64,000 bases of DNA from Eukaryota sp. TZLM1-RC (taxonomy: Eukaryota; Protista; Metamonada: BaSk clade). The position numbers and the translations under genes were made by a program. Positions 11,672-22,735 of the stretch are shown one piece after another. How positions within the stretch are numbered: position 1 is the stretch's first letter; each line of letters begins with the position of its first letter. The notes below the pieces were generated by a model, which was not told where the DNA came from, made no database searches, and saw nothing but the letters and a program-made list of their open reading frames with translations. Where the stretch lies: the NCBI GenBank assembly GCA_040285825.1, contig JAUPSS010000007.1, positions 954,501 to 1,018,500 of the forward strand, written 5' to 3'.

Positions 11672-12284
11672 TAAAAGTGATGTTGTGAGGGAATTTTGTC
11701 AAATCCTGATTCATTCAAATTCAATCTGCAAATTATAATATTTTCGAGGTTTTTGTAAAATAGTTAAAAAATGTGCTGATTAACTCATCATTTTTTTAGT
11801 CTTTGAGCTGTTGACAGGAACACTTTACTGTTCATTGATAATCAGTTTGCAGCACGTCACTTCAGACAAACACAAACGATTTACTTCAATTGATTCATTT
11901 TTTCAATTTAGGTTACGGAAAACGGGGATTTGAATGTAGCTTTTCTATGTGACATGTATTGAAAGGAATGTAAGAGATGCAAATTTATTTATTTATTTGA
12001 ATTGTTTCAAATTCTATTGTACCATTTCTATTTTATAACTTCAACTAATGAGAAAATCACTTAAAAAATTGAATTAAAATTGCAGGGCAATAAAATCCAA
12101 CCCAGCACTTATAAGAATGACATCATGAATTAACCAAATGAGAGGGTGAAGTTAAGTAAAAAAAGGAGCTAAGGAACAAGATTTAGGAAAGGAAATGAAA
12201 ATCTTCCACTTCTCAACAACTCGGTCCCTCTACATCAGTGTAAAGAGGACACTTAGTTCATTGTTATAGACACTTTCTGTTAGA

Positions 12285-13397
12285 ATGGCCTCCCTTCTTC
12301 GATCATCTACACAAGTACTTTCCATTGATACAGGTGCCTATTCAATTAAGGTTGTAAACCAAGGGGTCTCCACATTGTTCCCAAATCTGGCTCTAGGAGC
12401 CACTGAGTTCAGAAGTGTTCCTTCTGATTTCAAATCACTCTCAATCGATTGTGCTGATGATACAGTCCATATACCTGTTCAACGAGGATACATAACCAAT
12501 TTTGAACTACAGGAAGCCATATGGCGTAAACATCTAGGTCCTGATGGACTTGATGTTGATCCTATAACAACTAGAATTGTTTATTCACAACCATTATTTA
12601 ATTTTGAATTTTGTAGAAAAAACCTTGTTCATACATTTTTCAGACAGTTTGAATCGCACGCTGTATCGTTCCCAACATCACCATTTCTTTCAATGTTCTA
12701 TGCCTCCTCACACTTTGAGAAGACTTTTGGAACATCAATAGTCATTGATATGGGACATTCTGCAACATGGATTTCTGTCTTCATCAATGGTATACTTCAA
12801 TGGGAAAAGTGCAGAAGGTTGGATATAGGAGGTGAGCTTCTTGATAGATTACTACAATATAGACTATCTATCAAGTATGGGGTTGAGTTGAATGTATTGT
12901 CCTCTAGAACAATCAAGGAGCAAATGTGTAGGGTCTCTGATAATTTTGTTACAGAAATTGATGAAATAGAACAGGTACATTGTGGTATTTATAACAACAC
13001 AGAGGTAGCTCTTGATACAGAAATCATTTATATACCAGAGTGTTTTTTCAAACCATATTTGGCCAATGTAGAACAGATCGGTCTTGTTGAAACAGTGCTA
13101 CATGCCATAAATAGTTTAGAAAGTCCTGAATTTGTTGTTGGTACGATACTACTGGTTGGAGGATCTTCCAAGTTCAAGAACTTTCCACAGAGGCTTGAGG
13201 CTGAACTAAAGTCCAATCTTCCTGAAAAATTATCTGCACAATTAGTAGTCAATCATCCCCCAGAGCCAGAGTTTGCTGCAGCAAGGGGTGGGAGTCTTTG
13301 GTCCACACAACAAGATTCGTTGGATGTATCTCTCTCGTATGGTGAGGTCATGAGTAGCAGATGGAATAGTTATCAGTGGAAGACCAATTTGAGGTAA
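12285..13397 (+). CDS. ARP6: Actin-related protein, ARP6-like
   Basis: IDTGAYSIK, P.QRGYITN.ELQ..IW, QPLFNF, VIDMGHS.T, RRLDIGG, IKEQMC.VS, IPE.FF.P, LVGGSSKF.NF..RL..EL. Confidence 0.8.
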   Translation: MASLLRSSTQVLSIDTGAYSIKVVNQGVSTLFPNLALGATEFRSVPSDFKSLSIDCADDTVHIPVQRGYITNFELQEAIWRKHLGPDGLDVDPITTRIVYSQPLFNFEFCRKNLVHTFFRQFESHAVSFPTSPFLSMFYASSHFEKTFGTSIVIDMGHSATWISVFINGILQWEKCRRLDIGGELLDRLLQYRLSIKYGVELNVLSSRTIKEQMCRVSDNFVTEIDEIEQVHCGIYNNTEVALDTEIIYIPECFFKPYLANVEQIGLVETVLHAINSLESPEFVVGTILLVGGSSKFKNFPQRLEAELKSNLPEKLSAQLVVNHPPEPEFAAARGGSLWSTQQDSLDVSLSYGEVMSSRWNSYQWKTNLR

Positions 13398-13989
13398 TCA
13401 ATAAAAACCTCCCTGTACTGTGGCACTTCATAAGATATAAGTTTACTTCAAACAGCCTAAGCTTTTTGACAAGACATATTGTTGATCTAAGAATGTGGTG
13501 GTGTATGGAGGGGTGAAGTTGGGAAGATAAACAACTCACCTACTATGAACCACATGGTGTTTCCACAACACCAAGGCTTAACTAGGAGCTAACTCAAGAA
13601 CTGAGAGCGTCCCAGTGTTCTTCATTCAAGACTGCCAAACAGCTCAGAACACCCAGAAAATGTGTTGTGGATAATAAACTGTTTTTGTATTTTTTAAGGT
13701 TCAGAAGTGTTTTTTTATAAAAAATCTTAAATGAAATCTTAGTTTTCATAAATGAATATCATCATTCAACAAAATCAACTAGAAACGAATAGAATTTTAT
13801 GCAATGAAGCCAGATGACGTCATCAAACTCGTCATCAAATAAATAAATAAAAAAATAAAAAAATAAATCATTTATACCAACTACCTGGAGAACGGTTGCA
13901 AAATTCAAAAACAAAGTTTTCCCTCCACCAGTCCAAGATTTACTTTGACACGTATTTTTCTGCATTATTAATTTTATTAAAAACCAATA

Positions 13990-14860
13990 AATCAACATCT
14001 AAATAATCCATCTCTCCCAAAACAAACACTAGATGCAACTCTCTCATATTGAGATCCAAGAGAAAGCAAAGCATTAGAAACCATCTTCAACATCCCCTTA
14101 AAAAAACAAAACACAATTCTATTTTGCCAAAACTATTTGTTGAAATTTCTGTCAGTTCTTCTCTTTACAATCATTCCAAAATCTGCCAAAAATCGTATAG
14201 CCGATGGAGCAAGTGAACCAAAAAGAGAAAATACAAATGGATACAAATTGTATTTTGCATGCTGTAGACTGGCCAATTTGGACAAATGTTCATTGTATTT
14301 TTTGAATTTGAAATTTTCAGCGTTTGAAAGAGGATTATGAATTTCAGAATTAACAAGCCTTTCATTTGAGGCATTACAAGGATCAATTGACATTACTTCC
14401 AATAAAATGAAGCTTCCATCTAATCCTATCTAGGTAATATAACATCACCTCTATTATTCTTATGAAAATCATCTTCAGCATCAAACAGATTTGACAACAG
14501 AGGTTCCAAGAAGGATTCAATTCTATGAGATTTACACATACAATATAACTGGTCTCTTACAGCATCATGAACCTTGCTTCTAAAAGTAATAAAATGTTTA
14601 CAATTTAACAAATGAGTAGTTGTAATTTCTCGAGAACATTTACAAATTAAATTATGAGGTAAATTATCAGGCCAGAAAAAGGAACGAAATCTCATATTCA
14701 GAGTCCAAGCAGAACCGGATAAGAGAGTACCATAAACTTGTGGAATTGTTGTTACTAAGGCAGAAGAAGTACTGTCACACATATCTTGTAAAAGATTTGC
14801 AAAAGCGGGATTCTTTTTCTTGGCCAAGCCAAGTCTAACATCAAAGTCCAAGCTTCCAGG
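13990..14860 (-). mobile_element. Non-LTR retrotransposon 3' fragment, family C-like (RLE)
   Basis: LICKCSREITTTHLLNC..FRSKVHDAVRD...EPLL...RGDV...AE.FK.KKY...YPFVFSLFG. Confidence 0.85.
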
Positions 14861-14949
14861 TACTATTCTTGAACTATTATTGATTATTACTTATACTTTC
14901 TTTGACTTTGACTTCCTTTGACCATATTTGCTGCTGTAAATTCACTCAA

Positions 14950-15130
14950 AAAAAGGTTGTATTTATGATCTATTGAAATGTGCTCATCATCCAGTTCGTG
15001 TAGAACCACTGCTCGAAGAATTAATTTTCAGTTTAAGCCAAAAATGAGGTAAAATGCCATGTGCATGGTATGATAGAACCTAATGAATAATCGATTGTTT
15101 CACCTTAAAAAATACTGCTTAGAGTCGTTA
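14950..15130 (+). mobile_element. Short RLE fragment, non-LTR family F
   Basis: Homologous to 43480-43625 (IYDL..CAHHPVR.EPL...CAWY...IIDC). Confidence 0.6.
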
Positions 15131-15646
15131 AAAATTTAATTCAATAACACAAGCTATAAATTTGTTTGACTAAACAAACTTGAACTTACTAAGGATTGTG
15201 CGATATAACAAATAACTGAGCCAACTCTGCGTGCACACCATGTGAGCACTGGAGACCTTGCAAACAAGTGATGAACAATTAAAGCAGTATTTATAACACT
15301 TTTCAACCAAATTCTATTGGTTTGACACAAACTCCTGAAAAAACTTCATGAATTGTCCAACTAATAAAAAACAAAAAAAGAATTTAAACTAATGATCACG
15401 TGATGTTACACGTGACAGAACAGGAAAGTATTATTTAGCTAGAACTTGTGGATGTCCAAAGTTTGACACAAACTCCTGAAAAAAACTTAATAGTCTAACC
15501 GATTGTATTTTTCAATAATATAGTTCCCAAACATTTTTAAATTGAATCAAATAATTAAAGGTAGTGTTAAAGGGTACCCCAAACCCCGCATCCCAGGCAG
15601 AATTCATTTCGTGCTCTTTTAATTTGAATTGAATATTGAAAAGAAA

Positions 15647-16636
15647 TTAAATAATTCGAGCCAAATGACGAACCTTACTCGAAACATCTTTTTCAAAGTA
15701 TTTTTTCCTTGTACTTTGCAAAGTTCTCGGAGTCTTCACTGGTCCGTCCAAAATGACGTCATCAGATAGGTCAAAATCTAGTGCAATATTGAGCTCTTCT
15801 TCACTATTCTGATCAGCTTCCATTTCCTCACCATTCAAATATCGCTCACCCAAATCAATCGCCCTGTCAATCAATCTTTTTTGATTGACTTCCAAAGACT
15901 CCAGAGCACTAGCAGCAATACTGGGACGCTGAATTAACCACTCTCTACTTACTGGTAATGTTAAACTTTTTTGTTTTGTTATAAAATTAAAAAAATACTC
16001 ACCATCTCCAAACTCCATCCAAGCCGAGTCCACACTACCAATCTCAAAAGGGAAACAGTCAGAAAGGTTTCTAAAAATAGTAACAGTGTGATTGAATGTT
16101 GCTAAATCAGGATGAGTCAAAGAGACTGTTCCATCGTCCCTTTTCCATGTCCAGTACGGAGAAGTAGAATGGAGTGACCAGCCTTCCGGAAGAGGGTCTG
16201 ACAGCAAGTCTTTCACAATCCAGAGCAAGTGTGGTTCAGAATGTGTATTGATACCTAGCATCTGAGACGCTCTGGTAACATCGCTGGGGGTTAGAGTGGT
16301 GGTCGCCAGATCAGGAATGAGTAGTTGCTGGAGTTGACCTTGTAGGTGTATGGGCAGGGATTTAATGTCTACATGGTCAAGGCTTTGGTTAGGAGCGGTT
16401 GTTATGATGTAGGATACAATGTCGCGATAGTAGGACTCCGCAGGATGTTTCCTAGTAGTTTCATCGTTTAAGGAGTCGTAGTAAAATACATCATCGTTTT
16501 CATCCAGGAATTCAACCCAGTGAGGTGGTAGTGGTGCAGTTAAAAAAAGTTCAACAATGAAAGCAAGGGCAGGGAACTCATGGAGAGAGAAGCCTAAAAC
16601 ATGTGCAGCAGCACAGAGATCTGCGTTGTGACTCAT
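15647..16636 (-). CDS. WW-domain protein with two tandem CEP164-N-terminus-like modules, 329 aa
   Basis: LTAPLPPHW...VFYY...HP...YYR and LGIN..SEPHLLWIV...PLPEGW, plus a third degenerate WW (W.EF..GEYFFNF.T). Confidence 0.75.
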   Translation of the reverse strand: MSHNADLCAAAHVLGFSLHEFPALAFIVELFLTAPLPPHWVEFLDENDDVFYYDSLNDETTRKHPAESYYRDIVSYIITTAPNQSLDHVDIKSLPIHLQGQLQQLLIPDLATTTLTPSDVTRASQMLGINTHSEPHLLWIVKDLLSDPLPEGWSLHSTSPYWTWKRDDGTVSLTHPDLATFNHTVTIFRNLSDCFPFEIGSVDSAWMEFGDGEYFFNFITKQKSLTLPVSREWLIQRPSIAASALESLEVNQKRLIDRAIDLGERYLNGEEMEADQNSEEELNIALDFDLSDDVILDGPVKTPRTLQSTRKKYFEKDVSSKVRHLARII

Positions 16637-17224
16637 TCAGGGTCATATGACTTATTAAAATATGAAATAAGATTTCCATCTTTTGAATAAGTCATATCAT
16701 GACATCTTTAAACATGTTCTTTTACCAAAATATGAACTTTATTCAGGCCAAGAGCATTGCACAACTCAATTTTAAATATGTTATGCTATCAATATTCTCT
16801 GGGAGTTCTTTGGTTCTCTTTGTGTTGCTTGTGAACAAAATTTTATTGAAAATTTTGTAGATTTAACTAATAGTGCACCAAGAAAACTGTCATCTGAGAC
16901 ATTGAGCAAGTTTTTTTTGAAGATAAGTGCTTCGATAACAAGTGCACCAATGACGTGTCTACTTTAAATCCAGGAGTCAAAGCTCCCAAAGCTCCCAATA
17001 ACCAAGAAACTGTAGGCAAAGTCAAGATCCTTTATCCTTATGAAAGTCCAATAATGTACCACAATTGTTATGGAGATTATTGAAAAAGCCATCCATTGAT
17101 GATCAGAAGTATTTTCAGTGATCAAAAAACGACCACGCGGAAAGTCTGCAACTTTTTCTGGTCATATCAAAGCTGCGGTTTTTTCGTTAGAGGATTGTTT
17201 AATTTTATTAACCAAATTTTATTA

Positions 17225-17642
17225 GAGACTGACTTAATCCAAAACTAGTTACAAAATTGATACAAAATCAATCTCCTCACTTGTTCTATGATGACTTCAG
17301 TCACATCCAAATGTTCTTGATACTGGATAATAAAGATCATTTTATTGTTGACTACTGTTTACTGTCTCTCTTACATGCTTAAACAACGATGGGTCTCTCC
17401 TTTGTCTAATTTGTTTATTCTTTGATCCTGGTGGTCTACCTCTGGTGCGCTTTGTTGCAACAACAGGTGGTTGTGGACCTTTCAAGCCAATATCTAGAAG
17501 TTCTTTCAGCTTTGGGAGAATCATCACCTTGCTGGTTTCCGAAAGCATATGCAGTTCATTCAACACCACATCAGTATATCCAGTAGGAGATTGATTTTGT
17601 ATCTAGTCAATTTTGTAACTAGTTTTGGATTTAGTCAGTCTC
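17225..17642. mobile_element. Non-autonomous Mutator (MULE)-like element, 418 bp
   Basis: ~55-bp TIRs starting GAGACTGAC (one mismatch plus a small indel); TSD-like ttttatta/ttttttta; internal minus-strand peptide TRGRPPGSKNK...RRDPSLF.HV typical of MULE transposase C-termini. Confidence 0.75.
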
Positions 17643-17799
17643 TTTTTTTAATAGAGTTAATTGATGATTCTTCGTGACTTGTATAAATAGAAGTAAAGTA
17701 GAAGACATAACTGAATTCATGTGAACTGCATGTTGCTTATCATATAAAATAATTTCAAAGATTTTTTTAGAATTAACTGATATTGATAACTATTAATGA

Positions 17800-18125
17800 A
17801 TTAATATTTATCCAATTTTCACACTTAATAAAATAAATCCATAAATAATGGGACGAAATTCAATGAACCAATTTGTTCTCTATAGATTCTTGATCTACTT
17901 GATGTCTAGCTGAAGCTTCTCTAATTCGATTGAAAAACTGAGGCCATCTATTAATAATGGCAAACTGTATTCGATAGCGCCATAAAAAGATACCAAACCT
18001 TTTCATTGTTTTTACTAGAACCATTTTTTCGAAATCATTCAAAAATGTTCATGCTTCCTCTCATAGTTCTGCTTTTGTAGAAAATGAGAAAGTATTAAAA
18101 ACAAGTGGTCTATTTCTATCAGCAT
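17800..18125 (-). mobile_element. Non-LTR family A 3' end
   Basis: NDFEKMV..KTMKRF...RIQFAIINR...LVH*, homologous to 2060-2290. Confidence 0.8.
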
Positions 18126-18159
18126 TTTTTTTAAAACTGGAATATTTATTGAGATAAAA

Positions 18160-19398
18160 AACCCATCTAGAATTCAATATCATCCAAACAAGCTTCACTA
18201 TTACTGAACCTACTCACAGCATTACGTTTATATTCTACACCAATAGCTAAAAGTGCCTTTGAAATCATTGTTGGAATAGACTTGAAAATGCAAAAAACAA
18301 TTCTATTTAACCAGAAAGTGGAGTTCATTGATTTACCAGACCTATTCAGTAACACTTTTTTGAAATTTTCAAAAAGTGTTATATATTATATATTGATATT
18401 ATATATATTATATATAATATATTATATATATTGAACCCTGAAGGTCCAATATTGCCAAAAAGAGAAATTGCAAACGGTACAAACTGATATTTCACATGTT
18501 CCACTCTACCTAACTGTGCCAAAGGTTCTTCATATTTTTTTATCTTCTTTTTTTCGGCGTTAGATAACGGCGAATCAGCGGAATACACTGAACGAGGAGC
18601 AGAATTTTTGCAAACATCAACTGAGACAACATCTACAACATTGAGAACACCATCGATCCCTGGAGCTACTAAATCTGCCCTTCTTTTACCAAAGGAATCA
18701 TCAGTTTGATCTGAAGACAGATTACGTAGTAGTGGCTCAATCAATGCCTATATTGAAACTTTTGCACATGGCATATAATTGATCACGAACTGAGTCATGA
18801 ACAATTGAGCGATAAGTTATAAAATACTTACAGTTTAAAATATGGGAAAGCGTAACAGCACTCTTGCAGCGACAAATTAAATCATTTGGTAATGAACAAG
18901 GCCATAGAAAACCACCTCATTCACGTTGCAGTGGTCCATTGGTGATCATTAAGTAGAAGGCCATAAATGTTGGGAAGTTGGGAGATTAGGCAACTTGAGC
19001 AACTGTCTTTAAGATCAATCAAAAAGTTTGCAAAAACGGGATTTTTTTCTTTAGCCAAGCCAAGACGTACAATATAATCCAAGTTTTCTAAAACTTTCAA
19101 GATTTTTTTCTGCAATTTTGCAAAAGTCAGTGGTAAGGAGAGCAAGCTTCTTGAAGGAAGTTCCACAATATCAGAGGGGAAACATTTAGCCCAAATATTG
19201 GGTGAAAGAGTTTCAATTTCCTGTTGCAAAGAAATAAGATAAGAGCTGCCACAATTTTCAATGAGATCAATTTTTTCAGGAAAACGATTCACAAATTCAT
19301 AAATAAAATTCTTTCCACCTCCAATAAAGGCAACTTTACAAAGGTAGCTTGATTTATGAAAATCAACACCACCAAAATTTGTACCACAAAAAATGTGG
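18160..19398 (-). mobile_element. Degenerate non-LTR 3' part, family E (RLE)
   Basis: FGGV.F.K...AFIGG; IEPLL...RRADL...VVDV..VD...AEKKKIKKY...FVPFAISLFG; WLNRIVF...DDIEF*. Confidence 0.8.
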
Positions 19399-19399
19399 C

Positions 19400-19823
19400 T
19401 TCGTAACATTATCAGCATTAGCTTCATCAATTTCTTTGTCATATTTTCTATATTTTTTTGGCTTTAAAATCAAGAGCACTCACCGGATTAAGTTTTCTTC
19501 TTTGAACCAATATGTCATTTGCAACATTACAGGAGACAAAATCAACAACACCTTCAAAGTTATCAATACAATCACAGTATATATCACCTCTATCATTGGA
19601 ACCAAAATTATTCAGAGACACTGTTTCTTTCACCAGAGGCTCTTTTTTACACGATATTCTTGCAGTTCGTGTCATATTGAAAACAGTGTCTCTAACAGCA
19701 TCATGTAGTGAAGAACGAAAAATCATCAATTTCAAACAATCCAGAGCATGATGCAAAGTGAGCTGTGGTGAATTCGAACAAATACATTTTACTTTTAATA
19801 ATCATTGATCAATGGGGATATTC
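19400..19823 (-). mobile_element. Non-LTR family A internal RLE fragment
   Basis: LHDAVRDTVFNM..TARISC.KEPL...RGD...VVDFVSCNVAND. Confidence 0.85.
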
Positions 19824-20659
19824 GTTTTTATTCATTATTCCAATCCAATTTTTATTGATTGTAGAATAGTCAGCATTGTGTTGGCAAAAACATTAACTGA
19901 TTTAATTAAAAATTGAATTAATTTGTTTGCGTAAACAAAATTCCATTTTATTGATTCAGCTTAAATCACAAACTGTATTTGTAGCTGTACTACCTATAAA
20001 AGACACTTCAAAAACAAAGAGACTTCGATCGACGTCAATGAAGCCTCTGATGTATAACGTATATTGAACTCAAAAAGTATAAAGAGCATAGGTGGTGAGG
20101 TCTATCAATCAAAAAGTGGAGGTAACGTAGATGGTGGGCTGAAATCAATCACACAAGATCTGAGGTGAAGATAATTCAACGCAGAACAGAAATTGATGAT
20201 CCCAGTAAAGGAGTTAATGTGATTTGAAACCTGGAACAACGAAAACATATGAAATCCAAAGATCATACCTTTGGAAAAAATAGAGATTTATACATAAAAG
20301 GACCAGTAAAAAGATATGTTTATTGTATCAGTCTCGAACCTGCTAATGTTTACTATGCGAAAACTGAAAGATAGTTGGAAACTTTTTAGGATACAGACTC
20401 TAATACCATAGAAATTGTATGAGATGTCTATTCTTCACAAACTTGTCATGTGAAAATATTACAAAAACTGTTTGTCGAATAGAGATATCAATTCTTGGTT
20501 TAATGAGTTGACCATGCTGATCCTCAAGAGAATCAAATATTAAGACTTTCAAAAAAGGCTTGGGCGTGAGAATCAAAAAACTCAATCCTACTGCATAAAA
20601 ATTAATATTTTAATAGAAATATTATAATATAATATTATATAGTAATTTACAATTTTAGT

Positions 20660-21195
20660 TGCAAAGTAGAACCGTTGTTGAAGCATTATAGCGATAATAA
20701 TCTGTTTAATTCACGTCGAGGTGATTTAATTGCTCCTTTTGTGGATTCCTCTCAAGTTGTTGTTGGTTTTTTACAGTTGATCACTTTGCTTTTGTTTATC
20801 GCGATGATGTTTTACTTAGTGCTAATGGTCATTTAAACAAGGCTGAAGATCGGAAAAGAGATAAATATACTGAGATATTAAATGATTTAAATAAGAATCT
20901 TTACTCGAAGTTTTCGTTTGTTTCTTTTGCCTTTTCGATTTTTGGCAACATTGGACAATCCGCCTTGAATTTTATCATTAATTTTGGTAATTTATGTCGT
21001 TCAAGTGGTAAGAATTTTGCAGGGAATTTATGGAAGAATCGTATCATTTTCGCTTTGTACAGAAGTGTTCCCAAGTACTTGAGTTTAATGATGTCCAAGC
21101 TGTATAAGGATTCATCAAGAGTTGGCGTGGAGAATTTTGTTTCTTATGTGTTTTAGTTTGTTTTGTTATATTTTGTTACTTTTTTTAATAAATAA
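20660..21195 (+). mobile_element. Non-LTR family B 3' end
   Basis: Near-identical to 47010-47530, ending VENFVSYVF* followed by a tttgttttg tail. Confidence 0.88.
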
Positions 21196-21245
21196 ACTCA
21201 ATTAATAATTATATTCTTTCAATATCTCAGACTTTTTCTGTTAGC

Positions 21246-22246
21246 ATGAGTAACGAGTCGAATCTCCTTAATGACCTGGACATCTTCCTCTCAGGCAATA
21301 CCGAGCCTCCCAAGGCCCCCAGTGCCTCACAATCCCAAGATTTAGGTGTTGATATCAATAATGACATTGCACCTCCTAAGGCCCCTACTTATAGTCCATC
21401 CACAACCTCCACTCCTCCCCCACCCAAACAACCGAGCCCACCCCCTCAAAAAGAACATGAATCTATGTCCATCCCCTCCGACGTTCAAGCCGCTGCTGTA
21501 TCTGCTGTTGTTGGTTCTCTTGTGGACGAGAATGTTACCAACGTGGTACGCCCAAAGGACGACAGTTCAAGTTACCCCTTCTACAAGCTCTCTCGTTACC
21601 GTTTCCTCTTTGACGTAGATACTGTTGACGTCGCGAAACGCATGGGCGAGGCTCTCATCCCCTTCAAAGCCACATCTTTTATTCCCAACCTCAATGGCAA
21701 TCCTGACCTCTATGGCCCTTTCTGGATCGTCACTACCTTGATTCTAATCTTTGGTATGGCTGGCAACCTGAAAGACCTGTGGAATGCTGTCATTTACTAT
21801 GAAGAATTTGAATTTTCCCTTGGTTTGGTGGGCACAGTTGCTTCCTTCTTATACATTTACTATGGTGTTACTCCTCTCGTCTTTTGGGCTCTTTATGCTT
21901 GGATGGCTCCTGTCTCTCCCAAACTACGTGAGCTTTATTGTATCTATGGGTATTCTGGCACCATTTTTATTCCCGGTTTGTTTATAATTAATTTAATTTG
22001 TAATTCACCTCAGCTTTTCTGTTAGACTTACTTCCATTTACATTTGTGTGGTATCTGACTGGTTTAATTGGTGGAACCATAGCAGGCTTTTTCACCATGC
22101 AAGCACTTCTGGGTGTTGTCAAGATTGTCCCTACTGAAGGACAAGCCGTTGCTAATGATTCAAAAAGTGTGCTGTTGTCTATGATTGCTGGAGGCGTTCA
22201 AGTTGTATTTGCTGTTACTTTGAAGTTTATTTTGAGTCCGTCTTAG
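21246..22246 (+). CDS. Yip1-domain protein (YIPF1/2-like); exons 21246-21975 and 22014-22246, 320 aa
   Basis: Y..LFDVDT.DV..R, NPDLYGPFWI.TTLI and LYCIYGYS..IFIP; removing the intron joins the two ORFs in frame. Confidence 0.9.
21976..22013 (+). other. 38-nt spliceosomal intron in YIPF
   Basis: GTTTGT...AATTCACCTCAG; 38 mod 3 matches the frame offset between the two ORFs. Confidence 0.88.
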
Positions 22247-22339
22247 TGGATTTTTGTATAAAATAAATATTTTTTTATTGTTTATTTTTATTTATTTTTT
22301 ATTGTTAATTGTTTATTGTTTATTGTTTTAGACTTGTTT

Positions 22340-22735
22340 TGATTTGCTTGAAACCTTCTTTTTAAATGCCTTATAAAATATCATTGTTTAAATAAACTTC
22401 ACTGGCGAAGGGTATCGGATGTAAAATGGGATTTGAGTTTGTGTAAAAGAACATCCAAATGACTAATCTCACCGTTAAAGGGAAACGCCGTGCTGATTTG
22501 ATTACCCCTGGGTCTAATGGTGTGATCAAAGTTGTTGATGTTGTCACTGTTGATGTTTGTAAGGATTTGGCAATTGATTTTGCTAACACAGATGAAACTC
22601 CACTTTGCTTTACTGAAAAGGGCAAAATCAAAAAATACAATGAACCCTTATCTCAGCTAGGACGTGTTGCTGTGAAGTATGAGCTGGTTCCATTTGCTGT
22701 TTCTCTTTTTGGTGACATTGGAATATCTGGTCATC
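22340..22735 (+). mobile_element. Non-LTR family E-like RLE fragment
   Basis: KRRADL..PG..G...VVDVVTVDVCK...K.KKY...VPFAVSLFG. Confidence 0.8.
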
